DNA of 49,301 nt. Origin: an uncultured Ignavibacteriota bacterium. Its GTDB lineage: Bacteria > Bacteroidota > Ignavibacteria > UBA10030 > UBA8401. The stretch lies in contig CAJBTU010000003.1 of NCBI GenBank assembly GCA_903958625.1, positions 1 to 49,301 of the forward strand. The letters run 5' to 3'. The notes under the pieces are model-generated. The model was not told the origin of the DNA and ran no database searches. It saw nothing but the letters and a program-made list of their open reading frames with translations. The stretch's first letter is position 1; each line of letters starts with the position of its first letter. The position numbers and the translations under genes were made by a program. Positions 27,129 to 36,396 of the stretch are shown in pieces.

Positions 27129-28487
27129 CTATTCAACCAGGTGTTTGATCGCTTCCTGAATTGACTCCACACCGATAATTGTAATCTCTTTTGTCGATTT
27201 CATTTTCTTTGCGTTCGTTTTCGGTACAACTATCGTTTTGAATCCGAGCTTTGCCGCTTCCTGCACCCGTTTATCGCAATGCGCGATCGTGCGGATCTCG
27301 CCGCCAAGACCGATTTCGCCGATGGCAACGGTCTGCGAATCGACCGGGATATCCCGAAGGGAAGAGACGATCGCCGTCGCAATTCCCAGGTCGGCGGCCG
27401 GCTCATCGATGCGGATGCCGCCGGCAATATTCACGAACACATCGTGCGTGCCGGTGTTGATGCCGACACGCTTATCAAGAACGGCCAACAACATCTGCAG
27501 TCTGCGAAGATCAAATCCCGTGGATGTGCGCTGCGGCATTCCGTAATTGCTGGTGGTAACGAGCGCCTGCACTTCGATCAAAATCGGCCTTGTTCCTTCC
27601 AGGCTTGCCACGATCGCTGCGCCGCTGGAACCGTAGCTCCGTTCGGAAAGAAATATTTCCGACGGATTCAGCACTTCGCGCAGACCGGTATCGTGCATCT
27701 CAAAGATGCCAATCTCATTGGTGGAACCGAAACGGTTCTTAATTCCGCGCAGTATCCTGTACGCATAATGCTTCTCCCCTTCAAACTGCAGCACGGCATC
27801 AACCATATGTTCGATCACGCGCGGACCGGCGATCGCCCCTTCTTTCGTTACGTGACCGATAAGAATGATCGGAATATTCTTTGCCTTTGCAATGCGGGTC
27901 AGCATTCCGGTCGATTCACGCACCTGTCCGACGCTTCCCGGAGCACTTTCAAGATTCGGATTGAACAAAGTTTGGATCGAATCGATGATCACCAGATCGG
28001 GCAGGGCGCGTTCGATCACATCGGTGATCGTTTCAAGATTTGTTTCGGCAAGCAGCTGAAAATTATTCGTTGCTGTTCCCAGCCGTTCCGCGCGAAGTTT
28101 CACCTGTTTCGGCGATTCCTCACCGGTGATATACAGAACAACTTTATCCTTCAAATGAAGTGCTACCTGCATCATCAGCGTCGATTTTCCGATTCCCGGA
28201 TCGCCGCCCAAAAGGATCACGCTGCCGGTAACGATGCCGCCGCCGAGCACACGGTCGAATTCCGCCAGCCCCGTGACAAAACGGACATCGGAAACACTGT
28301 CGATCTCATTAAGCGGAACCGCGTTCAATTTGGATGCTATACCGCCACTTTTGCGCACCAGTTTTAGCGGTATTGGCGCCTCTTCCACAAAAGTATTCCA
28401 TTCGCTGCAATTCGGACATTTTCCGGTCCACCGGGGCGATACATAACCGCATAACTGGCAGACATATTTTGATGATTGTTTTGACAT
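27129..28487 (-). CDS. radA: DNA repair protein RadA/Sms
   Basis: Zn finger CQLC..CPNC, GDPGIGKSTL, KNRFG motif, Lon-like C-terminus; likely start ATG 28487. Confidence 0.97.
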   Translation of the reverse strand: MSKQSSKYVCQLCGYVSPRWTGKCPNCSEWNTFVEEAPIPLKLVRKSGGIASKLNAVPLNEIDSVSDVRFVTGLAEFDRVLGGGIVTGSVILLGGDPGIGKSTLMMQVALHLKDKVVLYITGEESPKQVKLRAERLGTATNNFQLLAETNLETITDVIERALPDLVIIDSIQTLFNPNLESAPGSVGQVRESTGMLTRIAKAKNIPIILIGHVTKEGAIAGPRVIEHMVDAVLQFEGEKHYAYRILRGIKNRFGSTNEIGIFEMHDTGLREVLNPSEIFLSERSYGSSGAAIVASLEGTRPILIEVQALVTTSNYGMPQRTSTGFDLRRLQMLLAVLDKRVGINTGTHDVFVNIAGGIRIDEPAADLGIATAIVSSLRDIPVDSQTVAIGEIGLGGEIRTIAHCDKRVQEAAKLGFKTIVVPKTNAKKMKSTKEITIIGVESIQEAIKHLVE

Positions 28488-28522
28488 AGCTGAATAAATA
28501 TAACCACAAAGCGAGAGAGGCA

Positions 28523-28553
28523 CAAAGATAATTTTTAATTTTACGTTGACAAA
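28523..28553 (-). promoter_or_regulatory. Putative Bacteroidota-type (-33/-7) promoter for radA
   Basis: Minus strand reads TTTG-N19-TATCTTTG (consensus TTTG-N19-21-TAnnTTTG), ending 35 nt before the radA ATG. Confidence 0.4.
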
Positions 28554-28570
28554 TCATTATCTTAAACCAT

Positions 28571-30127
28571 ATGAAGAAATATCTTCCTTTTGCTGTATCA
28601 TCTGTTCTGTTGATTCTTGTTACGTTTGTAGAATTTGTAACAATTCTCAGAACAAATTTTGGAATGTTTGTCTATACGCTGGATGACACCTATATCCATC
28701 TCTCCGTCGCCGAAAACATCGGTCGGGGATCTTACGGTATCAATCCGGGAGAGTTCGCTTCAGCGGCATCGAGCATCATTTGGCCGTTTCTATTGGCGCC
28801 GTTCACGTACTTTTCATTCGGCCTCTATATCCCTTTGTTGCTGAATATTTTTTTCCAAATCGGGACACTCTATGTCCTTTGGAAAATATTCGACCGCGTA
28901 TTCAATTTTGTAAAACAAAAAGATTTGCTCGTTTCAATTCTTCTTGTTCTTATGATTCCCGCGACAGCTATGGTCGGACTGATCTTCACCGGTATGGAAC
29001 ATTCTCTGCAGGTATTCTCGATTGTTCTGATATTATACGCAATCATACAGGAACTGCACGGAGAATTTGATGCCCGGATCATGATTTCATCGGTCGTACT
29101 GGCTTCCATTGTGCGATATGAGAATCTTTCCGTTTGTCTTTTTGCGGCTGCATTCTTTTTTGTACGCGGAAGGAAAAAACAGGCGCTCCTCTCAATGGTT
29201 ATTGTGATCGCATCACTATTATTGTTCTCCCTTTTCATCTATCTCAACGAAGGCTCATTCCTGCCTTCATCCGTCATGGCAAAGATGAGTGCTATGCGCA
29301 GTTCAGCGCTGAATTTTTCAAAAATATTTGAGGTTACACGCTCATCATTCGGAATGCTGTACGTTGCCGCCGTGTTTGTAATTATTCTCATTGCTGTCGT
29401 TCAACGAAATGATATTACTGCCGTTGTCCTTGCTGCCGGTGCGGTGTTCATCACACTGCTGCATTTGTCGTATGGAAAGACTCAATATTACGGAAGTTTG
29501 TTTATGGACTTCGGATATTACTTCAGGTACGAAATGTATCTTTGGACATTCCTGTTGACGGTGACGATCATTCTGTCGCGGACATTTCTTGTTACGCTAT
29601 TTAATTATTCTAAATCTCTTTTTATTGTTCTTCTCACGGTCACGGAAATTGTTTTCTGCGGCAGGGCAAATGTGATGCTGTTCTCCATTCCATTAGCATC
29701 AAACAACGTCTTTGAACAACATGTGCAGATCCACGATTTTGTTGCCCGGTTCTATCGGAAACCGGTTGCCGTGCATGATATTGGCTGTGTTTCCTATAAC
29801 AATAACAATTATGTGCTCGACCTGTGGGGTTTAACATCGAAAAAGGTTTTCAACATCAGAAAGTCCAATGCTGGAAAGAGTGAATGGCTGGATTCTCTTG
29901 TTACCGCAAAGAATATTTCGCTGGTAATCATTTATGATGTGTGGTTCCCCCGCCATCCTGCGCATTGGACAAAAATTGCTGAATTAACCTTAACAAAACC
30001 GGAAATTACGGCATCCGAGAATGTCGTATCGTTCTATGCGGTCAATAATACGGAAGAGACCGTACAAAAATTAAGGGCATTCCGGAATGAAGTGCCCTTA
30101 AAAGAAATGCTGCGCATCCTTAATTAA
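28571..30127 (+). CDS. Polytopic membrane protein, probable GT-C glycosyltransferase
   Basis: TLDDTYIH acidic motif in the first loop after TM1; GMEH, RYE and DLWGL motifs; about 11-12 TM followed by a soluble domain. Confidence 0.6.
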   Translation: MKKYLPFAVSSVLLILVTFVEFVTILRTNFGMFVYTLDDTYIHLSVAENIGRGSYGINPGEFASAASSIIWPFLLAPFTYFSFGLYIPLLLNIFFQIGTLYVLWKIFDRVFNFVKQKDLLVSILLVLMIPATAMVGLIFTGMEHSLQVFSIVLILYAIIQELHGEFDARIMISSVVLASIVRYENLSVCLFAAAFFFVRGRKKQALLSMVIVIASLLLFSLFIYLNEGSFLPSSVMAKMSAMRSSALNFSKIFEVTRSSFGMLYVAAVFVIILIAVVQRNDITAVVLAAGAVFITLLHLSYGKTQYYGSLFMDFGYYFRYEMYLWTFLLTVTIILSRTFLVTLFNYSKSLFIVLLTVTEIVFCGRANVMLFSIPLASNNVFEQHVQIHDFVARFYRKPVAVHDIGCVSYNNNNYVLDLWGLTSKKVFNIRKSNAGKSEWLDSLVTAKNISLVIIYDVWFPRHPAHWTKIAELTLTKPEITASENVVSFYAVNNTEETVQKLRAFRNEVPLKEMLRILN

Positions 30128-30136
30128 TAACGCCCG

Positions 30137-31399
30137 TTATTTCACCAGCCACAGACTCAATTCCGGCACATAGGTAATCAGGATCAATGCGATAAAAAGG
30201 ACGAAGATGAACGGAAGCGTTGCGACCGCAACTTGTCCGATGGACCGCTTGAACCGGAAGCTTGCCATGAAAAGATTCAACCCGATCGGCGGCATAAGAT
30301 AAGCGATCTCAAGATTCGCAAGAAAAATGATGCCGAGATGGATGGGATCGATGCCGTATTGTTTTGCCACGGGAACGATGAGCGGAACAACAACGATGGC
30401 GGAAAAGATTTCCATCATCATTCCGATGATGAGCAGGAAGACATTAAGGATCATCAGGAAGAATACCTTACTGCTGACGACCTGGCTGATATACTCAAAT
30501 AATTTTTGCGGAACCTGCTGATCGATGAGGTAACTTGTCAACCCCATCGCGCAGCCGAGGATCATGATAATAGCACCGACAAGTACCATGCTCTCTTTCA
30601 TCACGCGCGGCACATCGGTAAAAAATTTTAGGTCCTTGTAGATGAACACTTCTACCACAAACACGTAGAACGCCGTCACCGCCGCCGCTTCGGTTGCCGT
30701 GAACAATCCGCCGTAGATTCCGAAGATGATGAAGAACGGAAGCGGAATCTCCCACGCGATCCCCTTAATAGCTGCCCACGCTTTTTTTGCATCGAACGGA
30801 TGACGCGGAACATGCGCCTTGCTCCCCTGCTGAATGCTGTAGAGCGCCACCACCAGCATCAGGATCACCCCGGGAACAATTCCCGCTTTGAACAATGCAT
30901 CCACAGAGACTTCGGCAAATGTGCCATAGAGGATGATGGGAAGCGAAGGGGGAAATAACAAACCCAAACTGCCGGAAGTTGTGACAAGTCCCAGCGCAAA
31001 TTTTTCAGAATATTTTTCCGAGATCAGGATCGGGAAAACCAGCCCTCCTAACGCAACGATCGTTACGCCGGAACCTCCCGTAAAGGCCGTAAAGACCGCG
31101 CAGCTGATAAGAACAACGATCGCGAGACCCCCCGGCATCCATCCGATCAGCGCCTGTGCCAATGCAACGATCCGCAGAGGGGCTTTGCTTTCCGCAAGGA
31201 AATATCCGGAAACGGTAAAAAGCGGTATGGCAAGAAGCACCGGCTGACCGGCAAGACGGTACAGTTCTATGATAACCGCCGCCGTATCGATCCCCTCTTT
31301 GGAGAATCCGAACATCGATATCGCACCAATGATCGTGAAGAGCGGTGTGCCGATAAGAACAAGTAGAACGAGTCCGAGTGCAATAAAAAGAATAGACAT
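30137..31399 (-). CDS. dctM: TRAP transporter large permease
   Basis: LLAIPLF, GSLGLLFPPS, TATEAAA, GIDPIHLG, PPIGLNLF; start ATG 31399 overlaps the dctQ stop. Confidence 0.95.
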   Translation of the reverse strand: MSILFIALGLVLLVLIGTPLFTIIGAISMFGFSKEGIDTAAVIIELYRLAGQPVLLAIPLFTVSGYFLAESKAPLRIVALAQALIGWMPGGLAIVVLISCAVFTAFTGGSGVTIVALGGLVFPILISEKYSEKFALGLVTTSGSLGLLFPPSLPIILYGTFAEVSVDALFKAGIVPGVILMLVVALYSIQQGSKAHVPRHPFDAKKAWAAIKGIAWEIPLPFFIIFGIYGGLFTATEAAAVTAFYVFVVEVFIYKDLKFFTDVPRVMKESMVLVGAIIMILGCAMGLTSYLIDQQVPQKLFEYISQVVSSKVFFLMILNVFLLIIGMMMEIFSAIVVVPLIVPVAKQYGIDPIHLGIIFLANLEIAYLMPPIGLNLFMASFRFKRSIGQVAVATLPFIFVLFIALILITYVPELSLWLVK

Positions 31400-31911
31400 C
31401 AGTGTTTTGCCTCCTCGGTATTCCAATTCCCCTGCAGCATTTCAACGCTCCAATTCAGCGCACGCACGAAAAACCGGAAGGAGAGCAAAGCATAACCAAC
31501 GGGAATGATGATGATAAAATACCAGCTGGAAAGTTCCAGAATGAGCTTCGATCCGGATTCGATCTCAAGCTGAACAAACGAGATCGATGCCTGCATCAGC
31601 AGATAACAGATGATTGCCGCAAAGAGGCTTGTGATAACGAAGAATATTTTACGCGGCCGTTCCGGCACCAGTTTGCTCACGAATTCGATGCGCAGGTGGC
31701 GTCCTTCCCCTGTTGCGATCACTGCGCCGAAATAGCCTACCCATAAGACAAGATGGCGCAGGAAAATATCGCCCCACTCAATGCTCGATTCAAAGAAATT
31801 CCGGAGAATGACCTGACCGAACGCCATCACGATCATAATGCCGAGCAGCGACACCAGCATCCATCCGGAGATACGTTCAAGCCATTTGTCGATAAGAAGA
31901 ATTGGTTTCAT
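31399..31911 (-). CDS. dctQ: TRAP transporter small permease
   Basis: 4 TM; QVILRNFF, WGDIFLRHLVLW, HLRIE. Confidence 0.92.
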   Translation of the reverse strand: MKPILLIDKWLERISGWMLVSLLGIMIVMAFGQVILRNFFESSIEWGDIFLRHLVLWVGYFGAVIATGEGRHLRIEFVSKLVPERPRKIFFVITSLFAAIICYLLMQASISFVQLEIESGSKLILELSSWYFIIIIPVGYALLSFRFFVRALNWSVEMLQGNWNTEEAKH

Positions 31912-31939
31912 TATTTATTTCGCAGTGATCGATACATAA

Positions 31940-32935
31940 TTATTTATTTTTCGCCCGGAAATCAGCGAGCGCTTTTTCCACGCGGTTCAGCAGATCTTCC
32001 GAATACAGTTTCCCGGCTAGGGAACGGCGCGCTTTGCGTCCGATCTCATCGTACGATTTCAATTCGGTTGCATCCGGTTTATTGAATGTCATCTTGTTCT
32101 TTTTTAATGTCTCAAGCGATTTAATATTGTCTTTACGGCTTTGCTCGGTCAGCTTGCGCATGTATGCTTTCCCGTGTTTCAGCAAAATCTGCTGAAGATC
32201 GGCCGGAATCTTGTCGAAATCGCGTTTCGAGATCACCACGGCGCCGGACGCATTGGTCAGCGGATAGTCCATTAAATTGCTGGTCGCCGAATTCCATTGC
32301 AGTGAAACGATCGCCAGCGGCGACGCATAGGCGCCGGTGATCAATCCCGTCTGCAGTGACGTGACCACGTCGGTAATGGAAAGCTGTATCGGATTGATAC
32401 CGATCGTTTTGAATGTTGCATCGGCAACAGGATCCCCTTCCCACTCCCACATTTTTATGCTGTGAAGATCGCTGATCTTCATCACCGGTGTTTTGGAAAT
32501 GATGTACACCGAACCGACCTCGGCCCAGCCGAGCAGAACGAATCCACCATTTTGAAATTCGTTGTTGAATTCCCCGTCGAACTGTGTTACGATTTGATCC
32601 ACTTCTGCGGAATTCTTGAAAAGGAACGGCGCATCGAGCACCCGTGCGGACTTCGCGATCTCGCCGATGCCGAATCCGGTGATCCCGGCGCTGTTAAATT
32701 GTCCGAGACGGATCTTGCGCATCACATCCTTTTCGTCGCCGGCTACGCCTCCGGCATAGATGCGGAAACCAAGTTTGCCGCCGCTTTCCTTCCGCACGGC
32801 CGCATCATATTCTTTCATGATGTTGATCCACGTGCTCCCTTCGGGGGCAAGCGTTGCGAATTTAATGACATATTCCTGGGAGTACGACACAGTGATCAGT
32901 ACTATTAGAGCAATAAACAATAATGTTTTTTTCAT
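31940..32935 (-). CDS. dctP: TRAP substrate-binding protein (TatP-type DctP)
   Basis: Signal peptide; IKFATLAPEGSTW, YAGGVAGDE, DVVTSLQTGLI. Confidence 0.92.
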   Translation of the reverse strand: MKKTLLFIALIVLITVSYSQEYVIKFATLAPEGSTWINIMKEYDAAVRKESGGKLGFRIYAGGVAGDEKDVMRKIRLGQFNSAGITGFGIGEIAKSARVLDAPFLFKNSAEVDQIVTQFDGEFNNEFQNGGFVLLGWAEVGSVYIISKTPVMKISDLHSIKMWEWEGDPVADATFKTIGINPIQLSITDVVTSLQTGLITGAYASPLAIVSLQWNSATSNLMDYPLTNASGAVVISKRDFDKIPADLQQILLKHGKAYMRKLTEQSRKDNIKSLETLKKNKMTFNKPDATELKSYDEIGRKARRSLAGKLYSEDLLNRVEKALADFRAKNK

Positions 32936-32974
32936 GATATTTCTCTGTTCCGTTTTTGTCGCGGTGATAAAAAA

Positions 32975-33850
32975 TTAGAAGAATAACTCATCGACGCGTT
33001 CGGCGAGTTTTTTTGCTTTTCGTTTTGCGATGGCGTTCACCAGGCGTTGTTCCGGCAGATCATCAAGAGGGGTTTCATCAATGGTTGTGAGCAGTTTCTC
33101 AAACAGTGCCCTGTCCTGCATTTGCACGCAGTAGCTTTTCGCCATATACAGATGCGGCAGAACGAACTTATTCTTGCCGATCTCGAAACATTTTTCAAAA
33201 TGATAACGGGCACTATCCGGTTTTCCCCCAAGATTCTTCGGCGTCGTGGCCAGGATCGCCGCAAAATAGAGATGGGCGCTTCCGTAGAAATATGTTTCAT
33301 CGTTCTTCAGCACAAACTCCATCATTGCATTCACTTTCGGAAGATCGCCGAGCACCGAAGGATCGGAGATGCTGATATTGATCAGGTTTCCCCACGCATT
33401 TGCCGTCCAGAAGATCATCGGCACATCATCTTTTCCGAACTGATCGAGGCTCTTCTTAAATGCCGCCTGGTCTTGGTCGAATGCCTGAAGAAATTGCTTG
33501 TTTTTTTTCAGAGTTTTCAGTCCGTAATCACGAGCGCGGGCATAGAGCACTTTCGCCCGTTCTGCATCGACATCTTCAACAAATCCCAGCGTATAACCTG
33601 TATATCCTTCCGTAAGAAGGAACGCCAGATGATCGTCATCCTTGTCTTTAGCGCGATATAAAGCTTCCAGTAATGTCAAATTTCCGGGAATGGCTTTTTC
33701 TGCAAAGTCGAGATCGCTTTCTTCAAAAATTGCTCCGAGACCGTAATCGACGATGTTCGTTGTAGCATTCACGGCAACGGTATTGACAACGCCGCACGAC
33801 CAATGAATGAGCGTGGAGAGTAACAGGGCAAAGAATGAGAATTGTTTCAT
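32975..33850 (-). CDS. tatT: TRAP transporter T-component (TatT) lipoprotein
   Basis: Lipoprotein-like signal ending HWSC; helical TPR-like body (YARARDYG, DETYFYGSAH, LGGKPDSARYHFEK, NAIAKRKA); first gene of the TRAP operon. Confidence 0.85.
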   Translation of the reverse strand: MKQFSFFALLLSTLIHWSCGVVNTVAVNATTNIVDYGLGAIFEESDLDFAEKAIPGNLTLLEALYRAKDKDDDHLAFLLTEGYTGYTLGFVEDVDAERAKVLYARARDYGLKTLKKNKQFLQAFDQDQAAFKKSLDQFGKDDVPMIFWTANAWGNLINISISDPSVLGDLPKVNAMMEFVLKNDETYFYGSAHLYFAAILATTPKNLGGKPDSARYHFEKCFEIGKNKFVLPHLYMAKSYCVQMQDRALFEKLLTTIDETPLDDLPEQRLVNAIAKRKAKKLAERVDELFF

Positions 33851-34091
33851 AGTGTTTGAAAATAAAAAAATGTTGCTCTATATCCAAGGTGGAATATGCG
33901 CGGTAGAATGAAAAATACTTAACGTTTTTCGATCTTTTACCGCCGGGAACACTTGCTTCCTTCTTTCTATTCGGGTACTTTTATCCAAGTTCTATTGTTC
34001 CGCATTGCCTCCTGTTCGATCGATGGCATACTGAAACCGGAATGAAATGGGACATGCTTTTGATGAAACACCGCATGAATAGAAAGACTCT

Positions 34092-34784
34092 ATGAAAGAA
34101 CACAAAACAAAGATCCTGATCATTGAAGATGAAAAAAAGATCTCCGCGTTGATCCGCAAAGGACTGGAAGAAGAAAAATATTCCGTGGATGATGCTTTCG
34201 ACGGCGAGAAAGGAGAACAACTTGCCGTAAAACAGCATTTTGATCTCGTCATTCTGGACATCATGCTTCCAAAAAAAGACGGGATACAGGTCTTGGAATC
34301 ATTACGCAAAGCGAACAACGAAACACCCGTGCTGATGCTGACGGCAAAAGGGACCGTTGAAGACCGCGTGAAGGGACTTGATACGGGGGCCGATGACTAT
34401 CTGGTAAAACCATTTGCGATCACCGAACTTCTTGCGCGTGTCCGATCCCTGTTGCGCAGAAAAAAGGGGGCGGAAAAATCCGCAACAACGCTTACCATTG
34501 CAGATCTGACGCTGGATCTTGTCTCGCGTAAAGTGATCCGCGGAGGAAAACTGATCGACCTGACATCCAAAGAATTTTCCCTGCTCGAATATTTCATCCG
34601 CAATAAGAATAAGACATTGAACCGCTCCACCATCACCGAGCATATCTGGAACTACAATTTCGATACCGGCACAAATATTATTGATGTGTATATTAACCAC
34701 CTTCGCACAAAAATAGACGGCGGATTCTCTTCCAAATTGCTTCATACGATCCGCGGCGTCGGATATGTCTTGAAGGACCGTTAA
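34092..34784 (+). CDS. OmpR/PhoB-family response regulator (CusR/CzcR-like)
   Basis: ILIIEDE, LDIMLP, LTAKG, GADDYLVKPF, NIIDVYINHLR, TIRGVGY. Confidence 0.95.
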   Translation: MKEHKTKILIIEDEKKISALIRKGLEEEKYSVDDAFDGEKGEQLAVKQHFDLVILDIMLPKKDGIQVLESLRKANNETPVLMLTAKGTVEDRVKGLDTGADDYLVKPFAITELLARVRSLLRRKKGAEKSATTLTIADLTLDLVSRKVIRGGKLIDLTSKEFSLLEYFIRNKNKTLNRSTITEHIWNYNFDTGTNIIDVYINHLRTKIDGGFSSKLLHTIRGVGYVLKDR

Positions 34785-34790
34785 ACAGCC

Positions 34791-36302
34791 ATGAAGAATC
34801 TTCGGCGCTCAATACGATTCAAACTTACGCTCTACTATTCGCTGATCGTCGGCGGCACATTGCTGGGATTTGCGCTGGCTTCCTACTATTATACGGAACA
34901 GAACCTGCTGGCAAGTCTTGACCGGTCGTTATATAATGAAGTGGTGTGGCTGAAGAATTTTATCGAACCGCGCGCAAGCAAAGTGAAACTCAAGAAACAG
35001 CGGATCATTCCGAAACAGCAGGCGGCAAACGAAAAAAAATCTCCGACGCAATCGGTCAGAAAATCCGATGAAATTGAGATCGTCAACATCGATTCAACCG
35101 ATATCGAATTCGACGCGATCTGGAACCAGATCTACGAACATACTCTTCTGACGCCGAAAAAACAGATCATTCAGATCAAAGACCGGAACGGCGACGTTCT
35201 GTATAAATCCGGATTGGGAAAAGAGGATATCGCGTTCGACGATGTTCCGCAGGACATCACCAAGCTCGTCACTATTTGGAATACCAAAGGACAGCCGCTA
35301 CGGCTTGCCGTCAGCCAGGACCGGACAATGAAGGTGTACGTTGCCTATCCCATTTCAGAGATCAACGAAGTGCTGAGCAATCTCTTCTTCATCTTCATTT
35401 ATCTGATCCCGGTTGCCGTGGTCATTTCTGTCGGAGGGGGCTGGTTCCTTGCAACCCGTTCGTTTAAACCGGTGGATGATATTGCGCGGACCGCCCGTGC
35501 GATCACCGCTCACAACCTTGATCAGCGCATCCTCTCCTCCGGCGTCGACGATGAATTGGGGAGGCTTATTGCAACATTCAACGAGATGATCAGCCGGCTT
35601 CAGCTCTCCTTCACTCAGATCCAGCAGTTTTCGAGCGATGCTTCGCATGAACTGCGTACGCCGCTGACAATTATGCGCGGAGAACTGGAACTCGCATTGC
35701 GTTCAAAAAAACATTCCTCCGAGGAATACCGTAAAGTGCTTTCCAGCGCACTCGAAGAAACAATGCACATGACGGTCATAACAGAAAATCTTCTGACAAT
35801 GGCCAAAGCGGACCGAGGTTTGACCAATTTTGCAACGGACGATGTTTGGCTCAGATCGATCGTTCAGGAATTGTTTGAAGACTGTGAAATCCTTGCTGAA
35901 CGAAAGCATATTTCCGTTAAGCTGGGAACGCTGGACGACGCTCTGGTTGTCGGCGATATTGTCCGGCTGCGTCAGCTACTCTTGAATCTGATCGACAATG
36001 CCGTAAAATACACCCCCGAAAAAGGAAGCATCGAGATCTCTCTGTTCCGCGAACAACGGCTGGCAAAGATTCGTATCAAAGATTCAGGCGTCGGGATACC
36101 GGCGGAAGACCTTTCGAAGATCTTTGACCGTTTTTACCGTGTCGATAAGGCCCGTTCCCGGGAACAAGGAGGAAGCGGACTCGGACTCTCCATATCAAAA
36201 TGGATCGCCGACATTCACGGCGGAACAATCTCGGTGGAAAGTGAAGTAAACAATGGAAGCATCTTTACGGTGACATTGCCTCTCAAATACCAAGTGTCAT
36301 AG
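34791..36302 (+). CDS. Sensor histidine kinase (2 TM, HAMP, HisKA, HATPase)
   Basis: DELGRL (HAMP), SHELRTPL (H-box), NLIDNAVKYT, DSGVGI, FDRFYR, GSGLGLSI. Confidence 0.95.
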   Translation: MKNLRRSIRFKLTLYYSLIVGGTLLGFALASYYYTEQNLLASLDRSLYNEVVWLKNFIEPRASKVKLKKQRIIPKQQAANEKKSPTQSVRKSDEIEIVNIDSTDIEFDAIWNQIYEHTLLTPKKQIIQIKDRNGDVLYKSGLGKEDIAFDDVPQDITKLVTIWNTKGQPLRLAVSQDRTMKVYVAYPISEINEVLSNLFFIFIYLIPVAVVISVGGGWFLATRSFKPVDDIARTARAITAHNLDQRILSSGVDDELGRLIATFNEMISRLQLSFTQIQQFSSDASHELRTPLTIMRGELELALRSKKHSSEEYRKVLSSALEETMHMTVITENLLTMAKADRGLTNFATDDVWLRSIVQELFEDCEILAERKHISVKLGTLDDALVVGDIVRLRQLLLNLIDNAVKYTPEKGSIEISLFREQRLAKIRIKDSGVGIPAEDLSKIFDRFYRVDKARSREQGGSGLGLSISKWIADIHGGTISVESEVNNGSIFTVTLPLKYQVS

Positions 36303-36396
36303 TATCCTATCAACAATAATTTCTCTCGCAACATTGCATCTTGCTATGTGATTGACTATTATTTTCGGACTGATTTCATCAACACAGGAGAAACGC

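Noticed and set aside
27279-28367. 362-aa + strand ORF
   Set aside because: Lies wholly antisense to radA, has no recognisable motifs, and is explained by codon bias on the coding strand.
33899-33943. Imperfect inverted repeat GCGGTAGAA..TTTTACCGC between tatT and the response regulator
   Set aside because: Loose pairing in AT-rich DNA; cannot be distinguished from chance.
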